Both the position numbers and the translations under genes were made by a program. A stretch of DNA of 32,000 nt, from positions 10,891 to 42,890 of the forward strand of contig DDNL01000049.1 in the NCBI GenBank assembly GCA_002341165.1. The letters are read 5' to 3'. Under the pieces are notes generated by a model. That model had not been told where the DNA came from. It did not search any database and saw only the letters and a program-made list of their open reading frames with translations. Source of the stretch: Shewanellaceae bacterium UBA2521. Its GTDB lineage: Bacteria; Pseudomonadota; Gammaproteobacteria; Enterobacterales; Shewanellaceae. Position 1 is the stretch's first letter; each line of letters opens with the position of its first letter. Below, piece after piece: positions 9,739 to 18,461 of this stretch.

Positions 9739-9754
9739 AGCAAAGAACGTGCCA
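9739..9754 (-). promoter_or_regulatory. Sigma-54 promoter upstream of fliK
   Basis: Minus strand TGGCACG-TTCT-TTGCT, an exact match to TGGCACG-N4-TTGCW, starting about 1 nt after the fliJ stop. Confidence 0.88.
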
Positions 9755-9755
9755 G

Positions 9756-10211
9756 TCATCGCTTTTTTGATCTGCGGCTTTGGTACTGTAATGTTACAAA
9801 CTCATCTTGTAACGTTTGCTCATAGTGCTCATCTTGCAAAAACTGTGCATCTCTTTGTTTGTCTGCCAACATTTCAAAAGCTTTACACTTTTGATGCAAA
9901 GCTTGCCAAATATCTAGAGCCTGCTTCAGGTGCTGTTCCACTTGAGGCATAGCATCCTGTTGTTTTACAATGGCTTGATCGATCTGATGAAGAAATTGAT
10001 GATAGCTTTGATAATGTCCCACATTCAAAGTACCACCTCGTTGTTGCTTCTGATTGAACTCATCCATGTACTCTTTACGATAGTGATACAAGGCTTCGAG
10101 CTGTTGCTTGTGTTGACTAACAAATAAACGTGCTTGCTTCACTTGAAGTAGAGCTTTCTCTTCTCTTTCTTTGGCTAAATCATAGAGTTGCTCTATCTGT
10201 TCTGGTGTCAC
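9756..10211 (-). CDS. fliJ: Flagellar protein FliJ
   Basis: 151 aa, coiled-coil rich; ATGA-type 4-nt overlap with fliI and conserved position. Confidence 0.88.
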   Translation of the reverse strand: MTPEQIEQLYDLAKEREEKALLQVKQARLFVSQHKQQLEALYHYRKEYMDEFNQKQQRGGTLNVGHYQSYHQFLHQIDQAIVKQQDAMPQVEQHLKQALDIWQALHQKCKAFEMLADKQRDAQFLQDEHYEQTLQDEFVTLQYQSRRSKKR

Positions 10212-11554
10212 TGTGGTCTACCTAAGCGGCACTTTTTCGCCAAGACTTCTAATGCCTCATGACTTTCTTCTATATTAAACACATCATCCATACTTTGCTG
10301 TAAGTACTCATTGACAAAAGGAAACATTTTTATAGCATGATCAACACGTGGATCGCTCCCCGCTACATAAGCACCGATACTGATCAGGTCACGATTTTTT
10401 TCATATAAAGCTCTTGAAGTTCTGACATCTCGTACAAACCTTTGATGCTTAGCAGAGGTGACCATGGGCAACAAACGAGAGATAGAAGCTTCTAAGTCTA
10501 TAGCAGGATAATGTCCCGACTCAGCTAGATCACGATTTAAGTAAATATGACCATCTAAAATAGCACGCGCTGCATCGGCAATCGGATCCAGACGTACATC
10601 GCCTTCAATCAATACGGTATAAAAAGCGGTAATGGAGCCTCGCCCTAAATCGCCCTGACCTGCGCGCTCGATCAACTTAGGAAGTTTGGCAAAGACAGAG
10701 GGAGGATAGCCTTTTGTCGCGGGTGGCTCACCTGCTGCTAAAGCCACTTCACGCTGCGCTTGAGAATAGCGCGTTAAGCTGTCCATCAAGAGGAGTACAT
10801 CTTTACCTTGATCACGAAAATATTCTGCAATCATCGTCGCTGTCTCACAAGATCGCAACCGCATCAGGGGCGATGTGTCAGCAGGAGAGGTCACCACAAC
10901 AGAGCGAGCCAAACCTTTTTTACCTAAACTCTCTTCAATAAACTCTTTTACTTCTCGACCCCGTTCTCCCACAAGGCACACTACAACGACATCAGCTTCT
11001 GTGCCTCGTGTCATCATGCCAAGCAATACACTTTTACCGACTCCAGACTGGGCAAACAAGCCCATACGTTGACCTTTACCTATGGTAAGTAAACTATTGA
11101 TAGCACGCACACCTACATCTAAAGGCTCTTCAATTTTCTGGCGTGTTAAAGGGTTGAGAATCACTTGAGTACGCACCATAGACTCGGTGGCTTTGAGTAC
11201 ACCTTTGCCATCTAAAGGCAAACCATTACCATCTAAAACACGTCCTAAAACTCCTTTACCTACATAAATCTGTTGCTGTTGCTTGGAAGGGCGCACTCTA
11301 GCACCTGGCAAAACACCATAAATATCTTCTATAGGCATAAGATAGAGCACATCATCGTCAAAACCTATCACTTCAGCGCTGTACCAACCTTGAGCTGTTT
11401 CTACTTCGCATAAACTACCAAGCGGTGATGCGCAGCCTTTGGCTTCAAAAGTCAATCCAACAACGCGAATCAGTTGTCCTGAAGCTTCAGTTTTTACATT
11501 GCTTGAGCTTTCTATCAGCCGATCAAGAGTTTCATTGAGCTGCTTGAGTTTCAT
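10208..11554 (-). CDS. fliI: Flagellum-specific ATPase FliI
   Basis: Walker A GLFAQSGVGKSVLLGM; LLMDSLTRYSQAQREVALAAGEPPATKGYPPSVFAKLPKLIERAG. Confidence 0.98.
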   Translation of the reverse strand: MKLKQLNETLDRLIESSSNVKTEASGQLIRVVGLTFEAKGCASPLGSLCEVETAQGWYSAEVIGFDDDVLYLMPIEDIYGVLPGARVRPSKQQQQIYVGKGVLGRVLDGNGLPLDGKGVLKATESMVRTQVILNPLTRQKIEEPLDVGVRAINSLLTIGKGQRMGLFAQSGVGKSVLLGMMTRGTEADVVVVCLVGERGREVKEFIEESLGKKGLARSVVVTSPADTSPLMRLRSCETATMIAEYFRDQGKDVLLLMDSLTRYSQAQREVALAAGEPPATKGYPPSVFAKLPKLIERAGQGDLGRGSITAFYTVLIEGDVRLDPIADAARAILDGHIYLNRDLAESGHYPAIDLEASISRLLPMVTSAKHQRFVRDVRTSRALYEKNRDLISIGAYVAGSDPRVDHAIKMFPFVNEYLQQSMDDVFNIEESHEALEVLAKKCRLGRPQ

Positions 11555-11557
11555 ACT

Positions 11558-12529
11558 TTATTCCTGTGAAGGTTCTGTTTCATCTGATGTAGCTAACGCC
11601 TGCTCTACATCTTGTGGCGCAGCCTCATCATCAACAGATTCTGCTAAAGCTTCAGGTAAGACTTGTTCTGGATCTGGTTCAGATGTTATGTCCTCATCTT
11701 CATGTGCATGATAATCGCCCACTGGAGCATCTTTTAAATTTTCTAGATCTTCAAAAACCTTTTGAATACGCTTTTCCAGCGTTAAATCAATATGAGAATA
11801 ATCCGTTTCAATACGTAACTCACCTCGCGTTAAGCTCGTATCTGACTCAAGAAGCCATTGACGCTCTTCGCGCTCATGCGCATCATATAAACGCTCAACC
11901 AACTCAATATCTTCTGGGTTCAAATATAATTTAATCTTATGATGGTTAGCGGGTAAAGCTTCAATCCCTAAACGAATTGCAGATAAAATATGTTCTGGGT
12001 GAGCTTTCAACTCATTCATAATGACACTTTTAGACAAGAGAGACACCAACTGCAAAAGCTGATTTTCGGTTTCTGCATTGATATTGTGCAAAGGCTCTTT
12101 TATTTGATGCATCAATTGTTCAAATTGCGATAGAAAAGCATCAGCTTTCACTAAACCTTCTGCTATTCCCTGTTCAAGCCCTGTTTTCAAACCTTCTTCA
12201 CGTCCTTGCTCTTGCCCCGCTTGCGTACCTTCTTGAAGTCCTTTATTGAATCCTTCTTGCTGACCTTCTTTAAACCCCTCTTGATAAGCTTCTCGCCTTA
12301 TTGCTTCTATTTCTTCAAGCGTTGGAGGTACAGGCTCTTCATCTACGATATACTCTTGCGGCTCAAAATTATGATTGAATGCATTATTTAAAATCAACGC
12401 ATCATTTTCTGTCATACGAGGTACTTTCCAAGTTTCTAAACCTACCAAACGGTCACCGGCCATAGGTTGACCTAATGCAAAGTTTTGGTTGTCTTCATCA
12501 AGTTCCTTGAACTCTTTCTCTTTACTCAT
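11558..12529 (-). CDS. fliH: Flagellar assembly protein FliH
   Basis: 323 aa; AYQEGFKEGQQEGFNKGLQEGTQAGQEQGREEG (GxxxG-rich FliH segment) plus NPEDIELVE; between fliI and fliG. Confidence 0.93.
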   Translation of the reverse strand: MSKEKEFKELDEDNQNFALGQPMAGDRLVGLETWKVPRMTENDALILNNAFNHNFEPQEYIVDEEPVPPTLEEIEAIRREAYQEGFKEGQQEGFNKGLQEGTQAGQEQGREEGLKTGLEQGIAEGLVKADAFLSQFEQLMHQIKEPLHNINAETENQLLQLVSLLSKSVIMNELKAHPEHILSAIRLGIEALPANHHKIKLYLNPEDIELVERLYDAHEREERQWLLESDTSLTRGELRIETDYSHIDLTLEKRIQKVFEDLENLKDAPVGDYHAHEDEDITSEPDPEQVLPEALAESVDDEAAPQDVEQALATSDETEPSQE

Positions 12530-13593
12530 CAGACATACTCCTCACTACCTTGTTTACCAAGTGTGATTTCATCTTTATCTGCCATAGCACGAGCGATACC
12601 TACAATTTCTTTTTGAGCCGACTCTACTTCAACAAGCTTCACCGGCCCCATAGTCTCGAGGTCATCACGCATCATTTCTGCTGCACGGCCCGACATATTC
12701 CCTAAGAGTTTTTCTCTGAGCGCATCATCTGCACCTTTAAGAGCGACTTTAAGTACATCAGCGTCAATATTGCGTAGCACAACTTGCAAGCTTATATCGG
12801 GCACTTCAATGAGATCTTCAAAAATAAACATAAGCTCTTGAATCTCGACAGCCACTTCAGGATCAACTTCTTTCAGCCACTCGGTTAATCTGGTTTCGAC
12901 TGAAGAGTCCAAGAAGTTCATAATATTGGCTGCAGTTTGTAAGCCGCCGAGTTTTGTTGCCTGTGCACTGGTTTGTCCAGCGAACTGCTTCTCCATAATT
13001 TCGTTCAATTCAGCCAATGCCGATGGATGCACTTCTTCTAAATATGCAATACGCATCATTAAATCAAGCTGCACATTCTCAGGAATCAAGCTGAACACTT
13101 TAGCTGACTGCTCAGGATCAAGATAAGATAAAACAATAGTTTGAATTTGAGGGTGCTCGTTCAAAATAATAGTGGTAACTTGTCTTGCATCCATCCAACG
13201 CAAGGTATCCATACCTTTTGCACCTTTACCTTGAGCAATTTGCTCAAGGATACTTCCAGCTTTATCAACACCTAAAGCAGCAATCAAGGCTTTTTGTAGG
13301 AAATCTTGCGAATTTAAACCAATAGAAGAATAGGTTTGAATTTGTTCAAGAAACAAACGGTATACAGCCGAAGCTTTCTCTTGTGTTACATCGACTAAAT
13401 TCATCATTTCCAAGCTCACCCCTTGAACTTGACGGGGTTCGAGCGCTTTCAAAATAGTCGATGTGCCATCTTCTGTAAGACTGAGTAATAAAATAGCTGT
13501 TTTTTCAACGCCTGAGAGCAGCGATACGTCATATTCCTCAGACTCGACTTCTTCTGCTTCTTCCTTTTTATCAGCATTTTTATCATCAGCCAT
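12529..13593 (-). CDS. fliG: Flagellar motor switch protein FliG
   Basis: SGVEKTAILLLSLTEDGTSTILKALEPRQVQ...MFIFEDLIEVPDISLQVVLRNID...LKGADDALREKLLGNMSGRAAEMMRDDLETMGPVK. Confidence 0.98.
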   Translation of the reverse strand: MADDKNADKKEEAEEVESEEYDVSLLSGVEKTAILLLSLTEDGTSTILKALEPRQVQGVSLEMMNLVDVTQEKASAVYRLFLEQIQTYSSIGLNSQDFLQKALIAALGVDKAGSILEQIAQGKGAKGMDTLRWMDARQVTTIILNEHPQIQTIVLSYLDPEQSAKVFSLIPENVQLDLMMRIAYLEEVHPSALAELNEIMEKQFAGQTSAQATKLGGLQTAANIMNFLDSSVETRLTEWLKEVDPEVAVEIQELMFIFEDLIEVPDISLQVVLRNIDADVLKVALKGADDALREKLLGNMSGRAAEMMRDDLETMGPVKLVEVESAQKEIVGIARAMADKDEITLGKQGSEEYV

Positions 13594-13613
13594 AGCTTAT
13601 CCTATTCGCGTCC

Positions 13614-15506
13614 TTACTTCACTGAATCTTCTTCTAACCAAATTTTAACCACTTGAACAGCTAAATCAGGTTCATTTTCAACAAGAGATCGAATCGCCTG
13701 TAGCATTTCATCTTCTTTCTTCATTTCTGGAACTTGTATTGAGCCATCTTCAGCATAAGAGTACTGGGCAATCCCATCTTCTAAGCCGAAGGAGTCGTTT
13801 GCAAAGTCATCTTCCGCACCTGCAACATTTTTATCATCTTCGTCTTCATCTATGCTCATGAGACGATTAATCAGCGGTCTCAAGACAGCAAAAATAAAGG
13901 CAAGAACACATAAGAGTGCGACACCTAGCTCCACCGCACTCCAGAAATAATCCGTTTCCCAGAAAGGCAACTGTGGGAACTTCTCAGGTATAGGCTCCAT
14001 AAAGCGTACGTTCACGACTTCGAGCACATCACCTCTTGATTCAGAAAAACCAATAGCACCTTCAAGTAAACGTCGAATACTTAATAATTCAGCTTCGGTT
14101 CGCGGTATTCTTTCATAAACAACTTCAGGCTCAAAAACCACCTCTTCTGCTGAATCAGATTCAGACTCAGATTCAGCATCATCACCTTCGGCTGCAGGAT
14201 CTTTCGCCGGAGCAACTTTTTTATCCTCTGGTTTAGGTTGAGCGGGCTCCTCGGGTATCACTTCTATATTTTTATAGTTCACAGCCACTGAAACACTTAC
14301 ACGTCTGACTACACCAATTTGTTGGCGTGTATGGTTAATCGTGGTATCCAGCTCATAATTACGGGTTGCTTCTGAGTGACTGCTCTGAGGATGATTTTGC
14401 TTATCTCCACCCTGACGTGCTACTTCTGGAATATTAGACTCCATAGGAGGCTGATTGGTTAAAGCACCTGGAATACCAGCAACAGCACTGCCTTTATTAT
14501 GATTTTCGACCACCATTTCGCTTCGAATAGCTGGTGTATCAGGATTATAACGTTTTGAAGTTTGTTCAACTGAAGTGAAATCCATCATCACATCAACCTG
14601 AGCAATAAATTCCTTACGTCCGAGTACTGGAAGTAAGATACTGTCAATCTTATCCATATACTCATTTTCTTTTTGTTTAACCAGCTCAAGTTCTCGACGT
14701 GCACGAGCAGACAGTAAATCTTGTGAGCCTGAATTTAATAAACGACCAAATTGATCCGTGACGGTAATACGCATCGGATCAAGCCCTTGAACAGCCGAGG
14801 CTACAATATCGACTACAGCATCGATCTCTTCTTGCGGCAATGTATCGGTATTTTTGAGGTTAATTACTACGGTAGCACTGGTATGTTCTTTTTCGCGAGC
14901 AAAAATATTTTGCTGTGGTAATGCTAAAATGACTTTAGCACGTTTAACGTTTTTCAGTTCTTCAATGGTCACTGCAAGATTTTGTTCTTGCTCAAACTTT
15001 AATCTTGCTGTTTCAAGCTGTTGACTGACACCAAAGCCACTGTCTTTTTTGAGATAACTCTCTCTTTTCTCACCTTTTACACTAATGCCTTCTCGAGCAA
15101 GTAGAAGGCGTATTTCTTGTAATTGATCTTCATCAACACTTAATACGTTGTGTTTGAGCTCATATTCATATTCATGTTTTTCGAGTAAATCTAAAACTGG
15201 AATCATTTCTTCCATTTCAAGTTTGACGATAGGCCGCATCTCAGGTTGGCTGAGCCAACTGATCACCATCACACTAAGAACTAAAGAAACGAACAAAACG
15301 ATGATCATCGCCAATTGCTTTAAGGTATCTTGACTTTCAAAGAAACCTTTTGGCTCATCAATATAAGTGTCGACTCCTGTAAGATCAACATCAACAGTAT
15401 CTTCTAAATCACCAGACTCACCAAAATCACCGTCCAGATCAAGCTCTACAGGATCAGCTGCTTCATCTTTTGCTTCTGGTTTAGAGGCCTCTTTTTCATC
15501 AGCCAT
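13614..15506 (-). CDS. fliF: Flagellar MS-ring protein FliF
   Basis: 630 aa; two TM segments; ...LETARLKFEQEQNLAVTIEELKNVKRAKVILALPQQNIFAREKEHTSATVVINLK. Confidence 0.96.
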   Translation of the reverse strand: MADEKEASKPEAKDEAADPVELDLDGDFGESGDLEDTVDVDLTGVDTYIDEPKGFFESQDTLKQLAMIIVLFVSLVLSVMVISWLSQPEMRPIVKLEMEEMIPVLDLLEKHEYEYELKHNVLSVDEDQLQEIRLLLAREGISVKGEKRESYLKKDSGFGVSQQLETARLKFEQEQNLAVTIEELKNVKRAKVILALPQQNIFAREKEHTSATVVINLKNTDTLPQEEIDAVVDIVASAVQGLDPMRITVTDQFGRLLNSGSQDLLSARARRELELVKQKENEYMDKIDSILLPVLGRKEFIAQVDVMMDFTSVEQTSKRYNPDTPAIRSEMVVENHNKGSAVAGIPGALTNQPPMESNIPEVARQGGDKQNHPQSSHSEATRNYELDTTINHTRQQIGVVRRVSVSVAVNYKNIEVIPEEPAQPKPEDKKVAPAKDPAAEGDDAESESESDSAEEVVFEPEVVYERIPRTEAELLSIRRLLEGAIGFSESRGDVLEVVNVRFMEPIPEKFPQLPFWETDYFWSAVELGVALLCVLAFIFAVLRPLINRLMSIDEDEDDKNVAGAEDDFANDSFGLEDGIAQYSYAEDGSIQVPEMKKEDEMLQAIRSLVENEPDLAVQVVKIWLEEDSVK

Positions 15507-15532
15507 TTAGCATCCTTCATCCTGAATGAATT

Positions 15533-15859
15533 TTAAATGGGCATACTCATAATACTTTTATATGCTTCAACAAATTTATTGCGCACTTCCATGGTTGCCG
15601 AAAAAGCCACGCTTGCTTTTTCTCGAGCAATCACAGTATCGGATAAAGTCACTTTGCTGTCACCCATATCCAGTCTTGTTGATAAATCCGAAGAAGTGGC
15701 TTGCAACTTTCTGACATGCCCGATAGCCTGAGAAAGTAGTGAAGTAAAATCCATTCCTGTCGCATTTTTCACAGGGTTAGATCGAACAGAGTTAAATGGA
15801 GAAATCCCGGATAAATGAGATTTCATCTCTTGTATTAATTCATTTTTAAATAATTCCAT
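15533..15859 (-). CDS. fliE: Flagellar hook-basal body protein FliE
   Basis: 108 aa; ...DTVIAREKASVAFSATMEVRNKFVEAYKSIMSMPI, typical FliE C-terminus. Confidence 0.95.
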   Translation of the reverse strand: MELFKNELIQEMKSHLSGISPFNSVRSNPVKNATGMDFTSLLSQAIGHVRKLQATSSDLSTRLDMGDSKVTLSDTVIAREKASVAFSATMEVRNKFVEAYKSIMSMPI

Positions 15860-15933
15860 GATGTTCTCCGTAGATCAGAGCACGAATAATAAGCCATATA
15901 TTTGACGGTATGCGCCAACCCTTCCTCATAACC

Positions 15934-15949
15934 TGCAATTTTCTTGCCA
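15934..15949 (-). promoter_or_regulatory. Sigma-54 promoter upstream of fliE
   Basis: Minus strand TGGCAAG-AAAA-TTGCA, 1 mismatch to TGGCACG-N4-TTGCW, about 75 nt before the fliE ATG. Confidence 0.82.
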
Positions 15950-15959
15950 AATTCATCTC

Positions 15960-15989
15960 AAAAAAAAATAGAAGCCTTCAAGCTTCTAT
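15960..15989 (-). terminator. Intrinsic terminator after flrC
   Basis: Minus strand AATAGAAGC-TTGAAG-GCTTCTATT (9-bp perfect stem, 6-nt loop) continuing into a T tract. Confidence 0.85.
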
Positions 15990-16017
15990 TTCTGAGTAAA
16001 AACACGGGCTCTATTTT

Positions 16018-17361
16018 TTATGATTGAGGTACTTTTATACCTAACTCACGCATGCTCGCCAACTTATATCTCAACGTTCTGGTACTGATACCAAGCTTCT
16101 CTGCTACATCTTTACGACGGCCATCACACTGGTTCAGTGCATCAAGAATAAGTTGATACTCTTGTGTGCGCATAGACTCATTTAATGTGCCTTCTTTTTT
16201 TATTGCTTCTGAGTTTGTGCTGATTTCATCTTGCGGTTGAGCTTCGGTTTCAGAAGCATCTTCAAGAACAATATCTTGTGCTTGTAAGGTGCTTTGATGA
16301 GATAGAATCAATGCCCTTTGCATCACATTCTCAAGTTCTCGCACATTCCCCGTCCAATGATAATGAATAAGCTTTTTCTCAGCTTCAGTTGAAAGCGTGA
16401 TCGGCTTTTGCGCATAAAGCTTCAGGAAGAAATGAGCTAAAGGTAAAATATCTTTAGCCCGTTGAGACAAGGCGGGCAAATTTAGAGGAAATACATTTAG
16501 ACGGTAGTATAAGTCTTCTCGAAACTGATGCTCAGCAACACATGCCTTCAGATCACGGTTCGAGGTTGCCAGTACGCGTACATTCAACTCAATCGTTTTA
16601 CGGCTGCCTAAACGCTCTACCTCTTTTTCTTGTAAAACACGTAATAACTTTGCCTGTAGACCCAAATCCATTTCTGAAATTTCATCTAAAAGCAAAGTAC
16701 CTCCTTGAGCTTGTTCAAACTTACCAGGACAGCCTTGATGCGCTCCAGTATAAGCACCCTTTTCATAGCCAAACAAAGTTGCCTCTAACATGTTCTCAGG
16801 AATCGCAGCACAGTTGATCGCAATGAAAGGAGCTTTATGGCGTGCTGAATATCTATGAATATAATGCGCTAAAACTTCTTTACCCGAACCACTTGGACCA
16901 CAAATCATCACTGAAGCATCTGACTGCGCAACACGCTTTGCTAAATCAAAAAGCTCTATACTTTTCGGATCAGCAGCAATCACATCTTGCTCTTGAGGCT
17001 GTGATATCATATACCTAGACACTTGATTTAATAAGACTTGAGGAGAAAAAGGCTTTGCCAAGTAATCCACCGCACCTTGTTTAATAGCGCTCACCGCTTT
17101 ATCAACTTCAGCATAGGCTGTCATCAATAACACAGGTATATGAGGCATATTCTGCTGGATATAATGGAGTAAACCCAATCCATCCATACCTTCCATCTGC
17201 ACATCAGACACCACTAAATCAACCGACTTTTTTTTCAATATCAAAATCGCAGATTCAGCGCTATCTGCCTGCAAACAATCAATTTGAGCCAAAGTTAAAG
17301 TATCAACCAACGCTTCAAGTAAAGCGCGATCATCTTCAACAATGAGAATGCGATGCTTCAT
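16018..17361 (-). CDS. flrC: Sigma-54-dependent flagellar response regulator FlrC/FleR
   Basis: REC domain (ILIVEDD...LVVSDVQM...MTAYA...KPF), AAA+ domain (GPSGSGKEVLAHYIH, ...GAYTGAHQG) and a Fis-like HTH. The track start is 17376; ATG 17361 (MKHRILIVEDD) is preceded by AAGGAG and is the likelier start. Confidence 0.95.
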   Translation of the reverse strand: MKHRILIVEDDRALLEALVDTLTLAQIDCLQADSAESAILILKKKSVDLVVSDVQMEGMDGLGLLHYIQQNMPHIPVLLMTAYAEVDKAVSAIKQGAVDYLAKPFSPQVLLNQVSRYMISQPQEQDVIAADPKSIELFDLAKRVAQSDASVMICGPSGSGKEVLAHYIHRYSARHKAPFIAINCAAIPENMLEATLFGYEKGAYTGAHQGCPGKFEQAQGGTLLLDEISEMDLGLQAKLLRVLQEKEVERLGSRKTIELNVRVLATSNRDLKACVAEHQFREDLYYRLNVFPLNLPALSQRAKDILPLAHFFLKLYAQKPITLSTEAEKKLIHYHWTGNVRELENVMQRALILSHQSTLQAQDIVLEDASETEAQPQDEISTNSEAIKKEGTLNESMRTQEYQLILDALNQCDGRRKDVAEKLGISTRTLRYKLASMRELGIKVPQS

Positions 17362-18400
17362 TTGAGTCTCCTTCACCGCAAATTTTAGGAAAATTTAATG
17401 CAACTTGACAACCTTGTTCTAACTCACTTGATAAAATGAGTTCACCACCATGATGGCGCATCACTTTTTGTACAACAGCTAAGCCAAGACCTGTACCATA
17501 GCTTTTACTCGTATAAAAAGGTTGAACAACCTGCTCTGTTAATTTTTGGTCGAAACCACAACCATTGTCTTCAATCGATAATACAAATGTTTTGTCTTCT
17601 GACGACAGGTTCACTTTAATTTTAGAAGCTTTTGCTTCAATCGCATTCATAAGTAAATTATTAAGAACAGAGCTCAGCGCATGAGCATGACCTAAGACTT
17701 CACTTAAAGTACTCATCTCAACTTGAATCTCAATACCCGAACGCTTGAGCATAGGCTGTACAACTTCAACAGACATTTCAATCACATCTGCTAAGCAAAT
17801 GGACTCTAAAGGTAAGCGTTGATCTTGTGCAAAAGCTAATAAATCATTGACTTGCACTTCAAGATCATTGAGTCTTTGCATCAGTTTACTTTGGAATTTT
17901 TTCTTATCTGATACTTTTAATTTTTGATTTGCCAAGTGTGAAGCATAAAGCAGTGCAGCACTCAAAGGTGTACGTATTTGATGCGCCAGAGTAGCAATCA
18001 TTTCTCCTAAAGCGGAAAGGCGTTGTAAATGGGCAATTTTTTGTTGAAGATGCCGAGTTTCGGTTAAATCTGTCAGAACAATGAGCTCACCCATTTTATT
18101 ATCAAGAGGTGTTAAAGATATTTTGACACGACGTCCATCTTTTAATGACACCTCGTGTCCATCATCTTCTTTCGGTGAAAAGGAACGCTCAATCACTTTA
18201 ATCCAAGGTAATGCAACTAAAGGCTCTCCAAGTAACAAAGCAGCATTGCCATTCGCATCAACAATTAGACCTTGGCTATCGAGAATCACAACACCTGTAG
18301 GCATGGCGTGCAATAAAGCCTTAAGACGATTGCTTTGGATTAATCTTTCTTTCTGCGGCAAAAGCGCATCGACCCAAGTATCTAGTGATGGTAAAGACAT
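17336..18400 (-). CDS. flrB: Flagellar sensor histidine kinase FlrB/FleS
   Basis: PAS-like N-terminus, H-box LSALGEMIATLAHQIRTPLSAALLY, N-box NLLMNAIEA, G-boxes DNGCGF and GTGLGLAVV; paired with flrC. Confidence 0.94.
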   Translation of the reverse strand: MSLPSLDTWVDALLPQKERLIQSNRLKALLHAMPTGVVILDSQGLIVDANGNAALLLGEPLVALPWIKVIERSFSPKEDDGHEVSLKDGRRVKISLTPLDNKMGELIVLTDLTETRHLQQKIAHLQRLSALGEMIATLAHQIRTPLSAALLYASHLANQKLKVSDKKKFQSKLMQRLNDLEVQVNDLLAFAQDQRLPLESICLADVIEMSVEVVQPMLKRSGIEIQVEMSTLSEVLGHAHALSSVLNNLLMNAIEAKASKIKVNLSSEDKTFVLSIEDNGCGFDQKLTEQVVQPFYTSKSYGTGLGLAVVQKVMRHHGGELILSSELEQGCQVALNFPKICGEGDSNEASHSHC

Positions 18401-18438
18401 TCAGTTCCTTGAATTGCAAGTATCCACGGGATAAAGAC

Positions 18439-18454
18439 TGCAAAACCTATTCCA
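18439..18454 (-). promoter_or_regulatory. Candidate sigma-54 promoter upstream of flrB
   Basis: Minus strand TGGAATA-GGTT-TTGCA. GG-N10-GC spacing and -12 are exact; the -24 is partial. It lies in the 61-nt gap between the ureohydrolase stop and the flrB ATG. Confidence 0.6.
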
Positions 18455-18461
18455 AATGACT

